A DNA stretch of 64,000 nt from Myxococcota bacterium (GTDB lineage: Bacteria; Myxococcota_A; Polyangia; Nannocystales; Nannocystaceae): the NCBI GenBank assembly GCA_039028615.1, contig JBCCHT010000057.1, forward strand, positions 1 through 64,000, written 5' to 3'. Within the stretch, counting starts at the first letter, position 1. Every line of letters starts with the position of its first letter. A program made the translations under genes and the position numbers. This document shows, one piece after another, positions 41,048 to 49,323 of the stretch. Below the pieces are notes generated by a model. That model saw only the letters and a list, made by a program, of their open reading frames with translations. It had not been told where the DNA came from and did not search any database.

Positions 41048-42163
41048 TCAGCCGGCGGGGATCTGCTCGCAGGTCTGCACGATCACCTGCGCGAGCGTAT
41101 CGACCAGCACGGGCTCGAAGACCGCGGGGTCGCCACCGCCGAAGGGCAGCTCGGACACCACGGGCGGCGAGCCGAAGTTGTCGAAGAGCACGCCCAGCGG
41201 GGTCTGGTCGAGGCAGAAGTCGTCGACGAAGCCGCCCCCGACCACGCACTCCATGCCGCCGCACCCGGCCTTGGCCGCGGCGAGCTTGTCGACGAGCTCC
41301 ATCGCCTCGGTGTTCGGGGTCTGGTCGCCTTCGTCTTGAATGAAGAAGATCACCAGCACCGCGCCCTCGTCCCGAATGAAGCCCGCGTTGGTCGCGGCGT
41401 TGGCCGGGTCCGCAACCCAGCCCGCGCCTGCGCTCGACATCTCGATCTGCGAGCCGCTCTCGCCGATGTTGGCCGCGGCCGAAAACCAGCTCGACAGCGC
41501 GTCGACCTCGGCCTGCCCCGCGTCGGTGTTCAGCTCGAAGTAGAACTGTCCCTCGGCCTCGAAGAGCCGCCCCTGGGCCCCGTTGACGCCGGTATTGGTG
41601 ACGTCGGGAGTCACGTAGAACGCGGCGGCCGGTTGATCGCCGTCTCCGGTGGCGACGCAGTTCGAGGTGGAGCCGGAGTTGGAGTAGCCCATGGTGGTGC
41701 CGGTCACGCCCACGTGCAGGCTGGTGCCCGGCGGCAAGGTGTCGACGATGGCGTCGGCGAACGAGGGGAAGGCCTCGCCCAGCGCGACCTGGTGTTGGTT
41801 CATCGAGACGGAGTCGTCGATCACGAACAGCAGGTCTACCGCGGTGCAGCCGAGACAGACCTCGCCATCGACACAGCGCCCGTCCCCGCCGTCGGGCGGA
41901 CCGACATCGAGGATGAGCCCACCGTCGGACGAGCTTCCGCCGCTGGACCCCGCGCCAGATCCCGCGGTGGTGCTGGTGGCATCATCCACGCTCGCACTCG
42001 TGACCGCGGTCATCGTGGCCTGCCCCGCCGTGGTGCCGAGGTCCGCGTCGCCCGAGTCGAACAGGCCGACGTTGGACTGGAGCGGCTGGCATGCGACGAC
42101 GCCGACCAGAGTCATCCCGACTCCCGTCCATCGACCGCCACCCTCGATCATTCCACGTCGCAT
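41048..42163 (-). CDS. vWA-like (MIDAS) lipoprotein
   Basis: Lipobox-like VVAC; DLLFVIDDSVSM; paralog of 44729-45895; start uncertain (42115-42163). Confidence 0.82.
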   Translation of the reverse strand: MRRGMIEGGGRWTGVGMTLVGVVACQPLQSNVGLFDSGDADLGTTAGQATMTAVTSASVDDATSTTAGSGAGSSGGSSSDGGLILDVGPPDGGDGRCVDGEVCLGCTAVDLLFVIDDSVSMNQHQVALGEAFPSFADAIVDTLPPGTSLHVGVTGTTMGYSNSGSTSNCVATGDGDQPAAAFYVTPDVTNTGVNGAQGRLFEAEGQFYFELNTDAGQAEVDALSSWFSAAANIGESGSQIEMSSAGAGWVADPANAATNAGFIRDEGAVLVIFFIQDEGDQTPNTEAMELVDKLAAAKAGCGGMECVVGGGFVDDFCLDQTPLGVLFDNFGSPPVVSELPFGGGDPAVFEPVLVDTLAQVIVQTCEQIPAG

Positions 42164-42177
42164 CGGCTTCGCTTCGA

Positions 42178-43143
42178 TTACAGCACGACCTCCAGGCCGA
42201 GGCCCGTGCGCATGGCCACGGGGCGCGTGCGATGGGCTTCGCCGAGATCGGCAACGACGAATGCATGAGGTGTGAGCGGGACCAGGCCATCGATCTGCAG
42301 CCGGAGTCGTAGCCGCGGGCGCACCGCGTAGGCGAAGGCCGCGCTGGCCTGCAGATCCACGAGCAGACGATGCACGGTAAAGGGCTGCTGGAGGCCTTCG
42401 CCACGGGCCCGCAGCCAGCCGAGCTCCGGGCCCGCGCAGAGCGGCAGGGAGATGGCGTTCCATTCCGGGCGAACGCAACCGAGCGCGGCCACCCCGAGAA
42501 AGGAGATTCGAGCACCGCCGCTCGTGTCCGCCACGAACGCAGACTGCGGGATGTCGAAGGTCGTGCGCAGCTCGGCCCGCAGTGCCCCCCGCTCGACACT
42601 CCCCGACAACGAAGGGGCAAACCCGATCCGCGGCAGGACCCCGAAGGCGGCGAGCCCCGCAAAGCCCACGGTGCCTCGCACCCGCGGCTCGACGGGCGAG
42701 GGCACGGGCTCCACGTCTGGCTCCGAGGGGGCGGGGGCCTCCTCGACCGGCTCGACGACGGGCTCACGCGGGGGTCCGCTGGCTTCGATCTCGGCCAGTA
42801 CCGCCTGGGGATCGAGCAGCACCGAGACGATCAACGCCGCGCCTTCGGCCACCACGGCGCAGCTCTCCCCGTCGATGGAGCGCCAGACCTCACCCTCGGG
42901 GAAGCGCATCCGCAGCGTCAGCACCCACTGTCCCTGCACCTGCTCGACGCGGGCTTCGGCTCGGGCACGCCAGCCCTCGGGTCGCGGGGCAGCGCTGACG
43001 AAGCGCTGCACCATGGTGACGACCTCGTCGTGAACGGGGCAGCCCGCGGGCGCCGTCCAAGCGAGGTCGACCGGAGCCACCTCCGCTGGCGCAGCCAGCT
43101 TCGCCGCCAGCACCACGCTCCACCCGAGCATGCCGACGAGCAT
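42178..43143 (-). CDS. Secreted protein, WxAPxxCP N-domain plus probable beta-barrel
   Basis: WTAPAGCP; Pro/Glu linker; amphipathic strands; paralog of 59004-60062. Confidence 0.75.
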   Translation of the reverse strand: MLVGMLGWSVVLAAKLAAPAEVAPVDLAWTAPAGCPVHDEVVTMVQRFVSAAPRPEGWRARAEARVEQVQGQWVLTLRMRFPEGEVWRSIDGESCAVVAEGAALIVSVLLDPQAVLAEIEASGPPREPVVEPVEEAPAPSEPDVEPVPSPVEPRVRGTVGFAGLAAFGVLPRIGFAPSLSGSVERGALRAELRTTFDIPQSAFVADTSGGARISFLGVAALGCVRPEWNAISLPLCAGPELGWLRARGEGLQQPFTVHRLLVDLQASAAFAYAVRPRLRLRLQIDGLVPLTPHAFVVADLGEAHRTRPVAMRTGLGLEVVL

Positions 43144-43185
43144 ACGACGACTCTCGCCGTCGTGGGCGAGGCATCGACCGCGCGA

Positions 43186-44016
43186 TCAGTCGAGCGCGCC
43201 GATGCAGGTGCCGGCAAAGCGACGCCGCAGCGCTTCGGAAGGATGCTTGGCGAGGTAGCGCTGGGCGACGTCTCGAGCCGACGGCTCGCGCCCGAGCTCA
43301 CACAACGCGGTGACGCGCGACAGCTCGCGCTCGCGGGCAAAGGTGCCGTGGGGGAACTCGCGATGGTGCCGCTCGAGCAACACCAGCGCGCGCTTGGGCT
43401 TGCCCTCGGCCAACGCCCGCCGGGCGGCCCCAAACAGCGCGACCTCCCCTTCGAGCCCGGGCTCGTCGCCCTGCCCTTCGGCCTCGTCGACGGCCGTCGT
43501 CTTCACCTCGTCGGGCTCGACCGAGTGCTCGACGGCCGCACGCCGGACTGCCGCCCGCGAAGGCCTGCGAGCAACGTCGGACTCCGGCGACGTGGCCTCC
43601 ACCGTCGGCTGCGACGACGGAGACTCCAGCGGCGCCCCTCGTTCTCCTCCCGTGGCCGCAGGCGCAGGCATGGCCGCGGGCACGGGCCCTTCGGGCGCCG
43701 CGGTCTCGACCGGGCTCGCGGGTGGAGTGCTCGCCGCAACCGTGGGCGGCGATTGCTCGTCGTCCCCCGGACTCACCACCACCAGTGCGACCACCCCGGC
43801 GAGCAATCCACCCGCGAGCACCATCCACCCCTTGGCCAGCCCCGTCTGGGTCGCGGTGGCCGTGGTGGTCGCCCCCGGTTCGATCGGCGGCCCGTGATCG
43901 CCGGCCGCCCAGCGCCGCTGCACGGCCGACCACGTGCGGGTCTTGACCGCCGTGCTCGGGCTATCGAAGCGCTGCGCGGCGTCGATGATGGCCTGGACCG
44001 AATCTTCTGAACTCAT
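43186..44016 (-). CDS. Putative membrane-bound anti-sigma factor with C-terminal TPR-like domain
   Basis: ATGA-coupled to the ECF gene; single TM; ARRAL...HHREFPHG...ER...ALC..GR. Confidence 0.75.
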   Translation of the reverse strand: MSSEDSVQAIIDAAQRFDSPSTAVKTRTWSAVQRRWAAGDHGPPIEPGATTTATATQTGLAKGWMVLAGGLLAGVVALVVVSPGDDEQSPPTVAASTPPASPVETAAPEGPVPAAMPAPAATGGERGAPLESPSSQPTVEATSPESDVARRPSRAAVRRAAVEHSVEPDEVKTTAVDEAEGQGDEPGLEGEVALFGAARRALAEGKPKRALVLLERHHREFPHGTFARERELSRVTALCELGREPSARDVAQRYLAKHPSEALRRRFAGTCIGALD

Positions 44017-44570
44017 GGTGTCGTCCTCCGCCCCTGGCGCTGCGCCCTTCGAACGTACTTCTCGAAGCGTACGCGGAGCTTGCGGCGTTGGGAGTACAAG
44101 GTGTTGCGATTGAGCCCGAGCGCAGCCGAGGCCTCGGTCCCCGACAGGTCCTCCAGCTCGCACAGCACGAACAGGGCCCGGGCCCCCTCGTCGAGCTGCT
44201 CGAGGAAACCGTTGACGAGGTCGGCCGCTTCTCGGGCCGAGGCACGCGACTCGGGGTCGGGGGGTGGCTCGACCGGCGGGAGGGCCTCCAGCCGTCGCGC
44301 GGCCCGCTGGGCGCTGCGCCGATGGTCCTTGGCCACGCGCCTCGAGATCCCGAACAGCCAGGCTCGCATGGGAAACGCGGGGTCGTAGTCCGGCAGTCGG
44401 CGGCGGACCACCAAGAACACGTCTTGGGCCACGTCCTCGGCGCTCGACGAGGACAACCCCAGCCGAATGAGCGAGCGCCAGACGAAGCTGAAGTGCTCCT
44501 CATAAAGAGCCCCCAGGTCGGGAAGCTCCTGCTGCGTCCGGGCGGCGCCCACAACCTTCGACTTGGCCAC
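44013..44570 (-). CDS. ECF (group 4) sigma-70 factor
   Basis: FVWRSL, AEDVAQDVF, RAWLFGI, LFVLCELE, NTLYS; GTG start estimated. Confidence 0.92.
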   Translation of the reverse strand: MAKSKVVGAARTQQELPDLGALYEEHFSFVWRSLIRLGLSSSSAEDVAQDVFLVVRRRLPDYDPAFPMRAWLFGISRRVAKDHRRSAQRAARRLEALPPVEPPPDPESRASAREAADLVNGFLEQLDEGARALFVLCELEDLSGTEASAALGLNRNTLYSQRRKLRVRFEKYVRRAQRQGRRTTP

Positions 44571-44728
44571 GGTCCCCGATGATTGTGACGCGAAATGAAC
44601 GTCGTCGTGGCGACATTGTGCGCACCCGCATGAAAGCCGAGATTTTTCGACACAATCTCGTCGCCGGGCGCCCAATACCCGACGTGTATGGCCGCGAGGG
44701 CTCGTCCGCCCTCCGGGAGGGTGTGATC

Positions 44729-45895
44729 ATGGTTGAGGCACGTTTTGCGCTCACGACGGCGCTGTTCATTGGGCTGCTCGGCTGTAACGGCTCCGACGAC
44801 GACAACCCCTTCGACAACCCCACGGGGGCAGGAGGGGGCGGCAACGCGACGCTGGGCAACGACGACGACGACGGGCTCGACGACGGCCCGGGTGCCGGCA
44901 CGAGCAACGGCGGCTCCGCAACCGCGGGCGACGGCGCGGACGAGAGCGCCGACGACGACGACGGCCCCAGCGGACCCCTGCTCGACGTCGCGGCCAGCGA
45001 CATCGGAGGCGGCTGCGTCGGCGAGGGCTGCAACGCGGGCTGCACCAGCGTCGACCTCGTGTTCGTGATCGACAACTCGGGCTCGATGGGCGGCTACCAG
45101 GCCGCGCTGGGCCTGGCCTTCCCCGCCTTCGCCGAGACCCTCGACTCGGCCCTGCCACAGGGCACCAACCTGCACGTCGGGGTCACCAGCACCGAGATGG
45201 GCTACTCGAGCGGCGGCAGCACCTCGATCAGCAACGGCACCTGCAACTTCACGGGGGACGACGGCCAGTCGAACGATGCCTTCTACGTGACCCCGGACGT
45301 GATGGACAGCGGGCGCAACGGAGCGCAGGGTCGGCTCTACGACCCGGGCGGCGGCCAGACCTACTTCGAGTACACGACGGGCACGGGGGGCGCCGAGCTG
45401 GGCGCGCTCGAGAGCTGGTTCTCCTCCGCGGCCAACATCGGCACGGGCGGCTCCAACATCGAGATGTCGGGCGCGCCCGCGGGCTGGGTCGCGGACGCGA
45501 GCAACGACGCGACCAATGCCGGCTTCATCCGCGACGAGGGCTCGGTGCTGGTCGTGTTCTTCATGCAGGACGAGCCCGACCAGACCCCGACCCAAGTCGG
45601 GGGGCAGCCGGCCGGGCCCGCCATGCTCGACAAGCTCATCGCGGCCAAGGCAGCCTGCGGCGGCACCGACTGCATCATCGCGGGCGGGTTCCTCAACGCC
45701 AACGCCTGCAGCGCGACCGGAAACCTCCCGCTCGACGACATCCTCGCGGGCGTGGGCGAGGCCCCGATCGTGCAGCCGCTGCCCAACGAAAACCTCGGGG
45801 CCCAGGCCGCGGCCGACGAAATGAACGTCGTGCTCAGCGGCACCCTGGCCGAAGTGATCGCCCAGACCTGCGACGAGATTCCACCCGCCGGCTAA
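44729..45895 (+). CDS. vWA-like (MIDAS) lipoprotein
   Basis: Lipobox LLGC; DLVFVIDNSGSM; QDEPD. Confidence 0.85.
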   Translation: MVEARFALTTALFIGLLGCNGSDDDNPFDNPTGAGGGGNATLGNDDDDGLDDGPGAGTSNGGSATAGDGADESADDDDGPSGPLLDVAASDIGGGCVGEGCNAGCTSVDLVFVIDNSGSMGGYQAALGLAFPAFAETLDSALPQGTNLHVGVTSTEMGYSSGGSTSISNGTCNFTGDDGQSNDAFYVTPDVMDSGRNGAQGRLYDPGGGQTYFEYTTGTGGAELGALESWFSSAANIGTGGSNIEMSGAPAGWVADASNDATNAGFIRDEGSVLVVFFMQDEPDQTPTQVGGQPAGPAMLDKLIAAKAACGGTDCIIAGGFLNANACSATGNLPLDDILAGVGEAPIVQPLPNENLGAQAAADEMNVVLSGTLAEVIAQTCDEIPPAG

Positions 45896-46000
45896 CCCTC
45901 CCTTCCACTCACCCTAGCCGGCTCATCCAACCCACACCCAAAAGGAACGGCCCGGCTCACCGCTCGCGGTGGGCCGGGCCTTCCGTCCATGGGGGTGTCG

Positions 46001-46969
46001 CTACTTGCCCGGGGGGAACCCGCGGGGCGGACGGATCTCGATGCCGTCCATCAAGTTTCGCTCGCGCGCCTGCTCGACGTAGTAGTCGGCTTCGCGCCCG
46101 CCCTCGACGGTGCCGTCGAGGCACAGCGCTTCGAGTCGCTGACGCAGCTGCGCCAGGTGCTTGCCCGGCGGCAGGGCCAGCGCCTTCATCAGTGAGTTGC
46201 CGAGCCCCGCGGGCAGCGGCTTGGGGCGAGCGTCTTCCTCGGCCAGCCGAGCGATCCGCTCCTCGAGCTCCTTGATCCCCCGCAGGCACCGAGCGCGCTT
46301 GCCCGGTCGCTTGCTGGTGACGTCGGCCCGCGAAAGATCGAGCAGGTCGACCAAGAACGGGGCCATCTCGCGATGGAAGCGACGCACCGCGCTGTCCGTC
46401 CAGCCGCGCTCGTACTGCCCCGCCCGCAGGTGGTGCAGGATCAGCAGCTCCACCCGCTCCTCGAGATCGGAGGGAAAGCCGATGCGCCGCGCGGGACCGC
46501 GCCTAAACATGCGGACCCCCTCTTCGGCGTGACCGTGGAAGGTCACCTTGCCGTCGGGCAAGAAGCGACGAGTCGTCACCTTCCCGATGTCGTGCAGCGC
46601 CGCGGCCCAGCGAACGGCCGGACGTGGTACGGCTTGGCGGACGACCGTCTTGGTATGGTCCCAAACGTCCTTGTGACGCCGGCCGCCTTCCTGGGACAGC
46701 GCATGGGTCGCGTCCAGCTCGGGCAACAAGCGGATCAGCAACCCTGCGTCCCGCAGCCACTGGAGCACGGCGTGCGGGTGACGGGCGCATAGCGGCGGCG
46801 TCAGGCGTTCGTAGATCTCGGCGGGCTCGATCTCGAAGACGAGGTCGGCCTGCTCAGCGATCTGCGCGGTCAGCGAGGAATCGGGCAGCTCGCCTGTCTC
46901 ACCGATCTTGGCGAGCGGCGTAAACAGGTCTCCGGGTGCCACGGAAGCGATGGAAGGTGCGACGGACAC
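46001..46969 (-). CDS. HD-domain protein related to the C-terminal part of CCA-adding enzymes
   Basis: LLPEL, HKDVWDHT, LHDIGK..T, TFHGH, HLR, SAVRR, AD; no nucleotidyltransferase head; start estimated. Confidence 0.85.
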   Translation of the reverse strand: MSVAPSIASVAPGDLFTPLAKIGETGELPDSSLTAQIAEQADLVFEIEPAEIYERLTPPLCARHPHAVLQWLRDAGLLIRLLPELDATHALSQEGGRRHKDVWDHTKTVVRQAVPRPAVRWAAALHDIGKVTTRRFLPDGKVTFHGHAEEGVRMFRRGPARRIGFPSDLEERVELLILHHLRAGQYERGWTDSAVRRFHREMAPFLVDLLDLSRADVTSKRPGKRARCLRGIKELEERIARLAEEDARPKPLPAGLGNSLMKALALPPGKHLAQLRQRLEALCLDGTVEGGREADYYVEQARERNLMDGIEIRPPRGFPPGK

Positions 46970-47129
46970 GGTACCGCGGTGGTGTTTACCCCAGATCGAC
47001 GGGATGGGGCAGCGGTGCTGGGTGGGCCCGACCGAGCCACCGCTGAGGGCGTCTGAACCGGTGCAGATCGCCACAACGGCCCGAGCCCGCGGCGACCGTG
47101 ATAGGCTCCGGTCAGGGTCTCGGGGCTTC

Positions 47130-47843
47130 ATGTCGTCGCATTCGCCGCAGCTCGGCTACAACCACAACATCCCGCACCGCGGCCGCCTGTACCACGTGCA
47201 AACCGAAGATTCGGGCATCGATAAGGCCCACATCTTCACGCACATCTTCTACGACGGCACGATCATCTCGAGCCGGAAGGTCGACTACCAAGACAAGGTC
47301 GAGCCCGGCGTCGATGCGAGCGACCTGGGGCCGATCATCATCGGCTTGATGCAGGACTCGCACAAGACGATGATCAAGTCGCTGCGTCACGGCGACTTCG
47401 ACGAGAAGATCGTCGCGGTCATCGGCGAGCACCCCGTCGCGGACAACAGCGCGCCCTTCGAGCCCGCCGCGGCCGAGTCCTCCGAGCGACCCGAGCGGCG
47501 CCCCGTGCCCGAGCCTCGCGACGTGGAGTCGCAAGGCCCGCCGCTTTCGCCGGGCAAGCCGGGGCCGACCGTCGACCCGAGCCTCTCGCACCCCGTCTAC
47601 GCGTCGTCCGAAGCGCGCGCTCAGGTCCGAGCGAGCGCCGCGGGGCACGGCCCGCAACGACCGAGCCGCGGCCCCAGCCGCATCCGACGGCGCGCCATCG
47701 GTGGCATCGGTGGCGCGGGCGTCAAGGCGGGCACTCCCGTTCCGATCAACGAGCGCCGCGACATCATCGTCGGCAAATTCGCCAGTGAGCATCAAGCTCA
47801 GCTCGATGAGGACATCCTCTCGCTGCTGCGCGACGATGCGTGA
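47130..47843 (+). CDS. Hypothetical protein (GYNHNI...YHVQTEDSG N-domain)
   Basis: N-terminal motif I associate with myxobacterial hypothetical proteins; ends LDEDILSLL. Confidence 0.8.
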   Translation: MSSHSPQLGYNHNIPHRGRLYHVQTEDSGIDKAHIFTHIFYDGTIISSRKVDYQDKVEPGVDASDLGPIIIGLMQDSHKTMIKSLRHGDFDEKIVAVIGEHPVADNSAPFEPAAAESSERPERRPVPEPRDVESQGPPLSPGKPGPTVDPSLSHPVYASSEARAQVRASAAGHGPQRPSRGPSRIRRRAIGGIGGAGVKAGTPVPINERRDIIVGKFASEHQAQLDEDILSLLRDDA

Positions 47844-47858
47844 TAGGCAACGCGGGTC

Positions 47859-48173
47859 ATGGCCCAGACCTCGGCCCACGATCTCCCGGAGGGACTCGCT
47901 CCTCCCACGTCTCCCGATGCCCCCGTCGTGCTCTACACGACGCCGTGGTGCGGCTTCTGCCGAGCCGCCCTCGCGTTGCTCGAGCGCCGCGACATCGCGT
48001 TCGTCAACGTGGACGTGATGGGCAACCTCCCCGCGCGCAACTGGCTGATGCAGGCCACGGGGCGCGGCACCGTCCCGCAGATCTTCATCCATGGAGAGAG
48101 CATCGGCGGCTTCGACGAGCTCGCTCAGCTCGACGGAGACGGCTCGCTCCACTCCATGGTCGTCAAATCCTGA
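47859..48173 (+). CDS. Glutaredoxin
   Basis: CGFC active site; TVPQIFI; IGGFDEL. Confidence 0.93.
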   Translation: MAQTSAHDLPEGLAPPTSPDAPVVLYTTPWCGFCRAALALLERRDIAFVNVDVMGNLPARNWLMQATGRGTVPQIFIHGESIGGFDELAQLDGDGSLHSMVVKS

Positions 48174-48264
48174 GTCGACCCGCGTGGTCGTGGCCCGCAT
48201 CGGGATGCCATCGCATGGCTGTTCTCGTGGGTGACTGCACGTTATGATCCCTTTGCCAAGCACC

Positions 48265-48990
48265 ATGTCCGCCCTCACTCATGCCCCATCCTCGTGGCTC
48301 CGCCCCCTTGCCTTTGCCCTCGTGCTGGGTGCGGGAGCGCTGGCCGCCCCCAATGCTCTCGCCAGTGAAGTCAAGTTCGCCGCCGAGCCCTTCGAGACCA
48401 AGGACGACGGCAGCCTGACGGATGCCGGCCGCGGTGCGGCCATCAGCGAACTCGCCAGCCTGCCTGGCGAGGAGAGCTGGCCGCTCCACATCTGGGCCAA
48501 GCTCGATAAGGGCGCCCCCGGTCCGCTCTACGTCGAGTTCTTCGACAAGCTCCCCGGCAGCGGCAAGCGCTACATGGCGTGGCGCTACGAACACAACGGC
48601 TACGAAGGGGAGAAATACGTCTCCATCGAGGTCGAGCTCGACGGCAACACCGGCTTCAACAAAGACCACACCTATACGGTCGAGGTCAGCCAGGTGAACG
48701 ACAAGGGCCGCAACATCAAGCTCACCGAAGGCAAGCTGAAGCTGACGTACACCGAGCCCCCCGAAGACGAGGGCGACGACGACGGCGAGGACGAAGAGGT
48801 CTCCGAGCAGGACGTGCTCGACAGCTTCGCCGGCGGTGACGAAGACGGCGACGGCGACGAAGCGCCTCCCGAGATCGCGCCCCCCGCCAAGAAGAAGGGC
48901 TGCAACGTCGATCCGGGCGTGGGTGCTGCGCCAGGTGTGCTCGTGCTGCTGCTGCTCGGCGGCGGACTCGTCCGACGTCGTCGCCGCTGA
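48265..48990 (+). CDS. Secreted protein with MYXO-CTERM sorting signal
   Basis: Signal peptide ending ALA; acidic linker; KKKGCNV...LVLLLLGGGLVRRRRR. Confidence 0.88.
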   Translation: MSALTHAPSSWLRPLAFALVLGAGALAAPNALASEVKFAAEPFETKDDGSLTDAGRGAAISELASLPGEESWPLHIWAKLDKGAPGPLYVEFFDKLPGSGKRYMAWRYEHNGYEGEKYVSIEVELDGNTGFNKDHTYTVEVSQVNDKGRNIKLTEGKLKLTYTEPPEDEGDDDGEDEEVSEQDVLDSFAGGDEDGDGDEAPPEIAPPAKKKGCNVDPGVGAAPGVLVLLLLGGGLVRRRRR

Positions 48991-49081
48991 CGATTGCTCC
49001 ATCGCCTCCCCCACCCTGGGTCATCGGCAGCGATGGGTCCGGGTGGGGCATCCAGCCCCAACCGCGCGGGCATGGAAACGG

Positions 49082-49120
49082 AACAAGGTCTCTTCCCGCT
49101 CGGGTCGAGACCTTTGTTGC
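49082..49120 (+). terminator. Possible terminator hairpin
   Basis: AACAAGGTCTC...GAGACCTTTGTT with inner CCCG/CGGG stem. Confidence 0.4.
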
Positions 49121-49323
49121 GTGATCGGTGGAGCCAATCCCCCCACCGAACCATCGTCGATCCGCGGGCCGCGCACCCTCATGTTGGACATGACAGGAAT
49201 CGCGCCGTCACTGCGGTGATCCGTCGCAATCGTCATCGTGCCTGCGCTCGCTCACCGCGCTACCCTTGGAACCGTTACTCGATTTCCCCTGAACCTGGCT
49301 CGCACAAAGAGGATCGCTTGAAC

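Noticed and set aside
48994..49323. 110-aa N-terminal extension of the FG-GAP lipoprotein
   Set aside because: Poor codon bias and a hairpin in this stretch; an RBS-like GAGGA and the lipoprotein signal fit ATG 49324.
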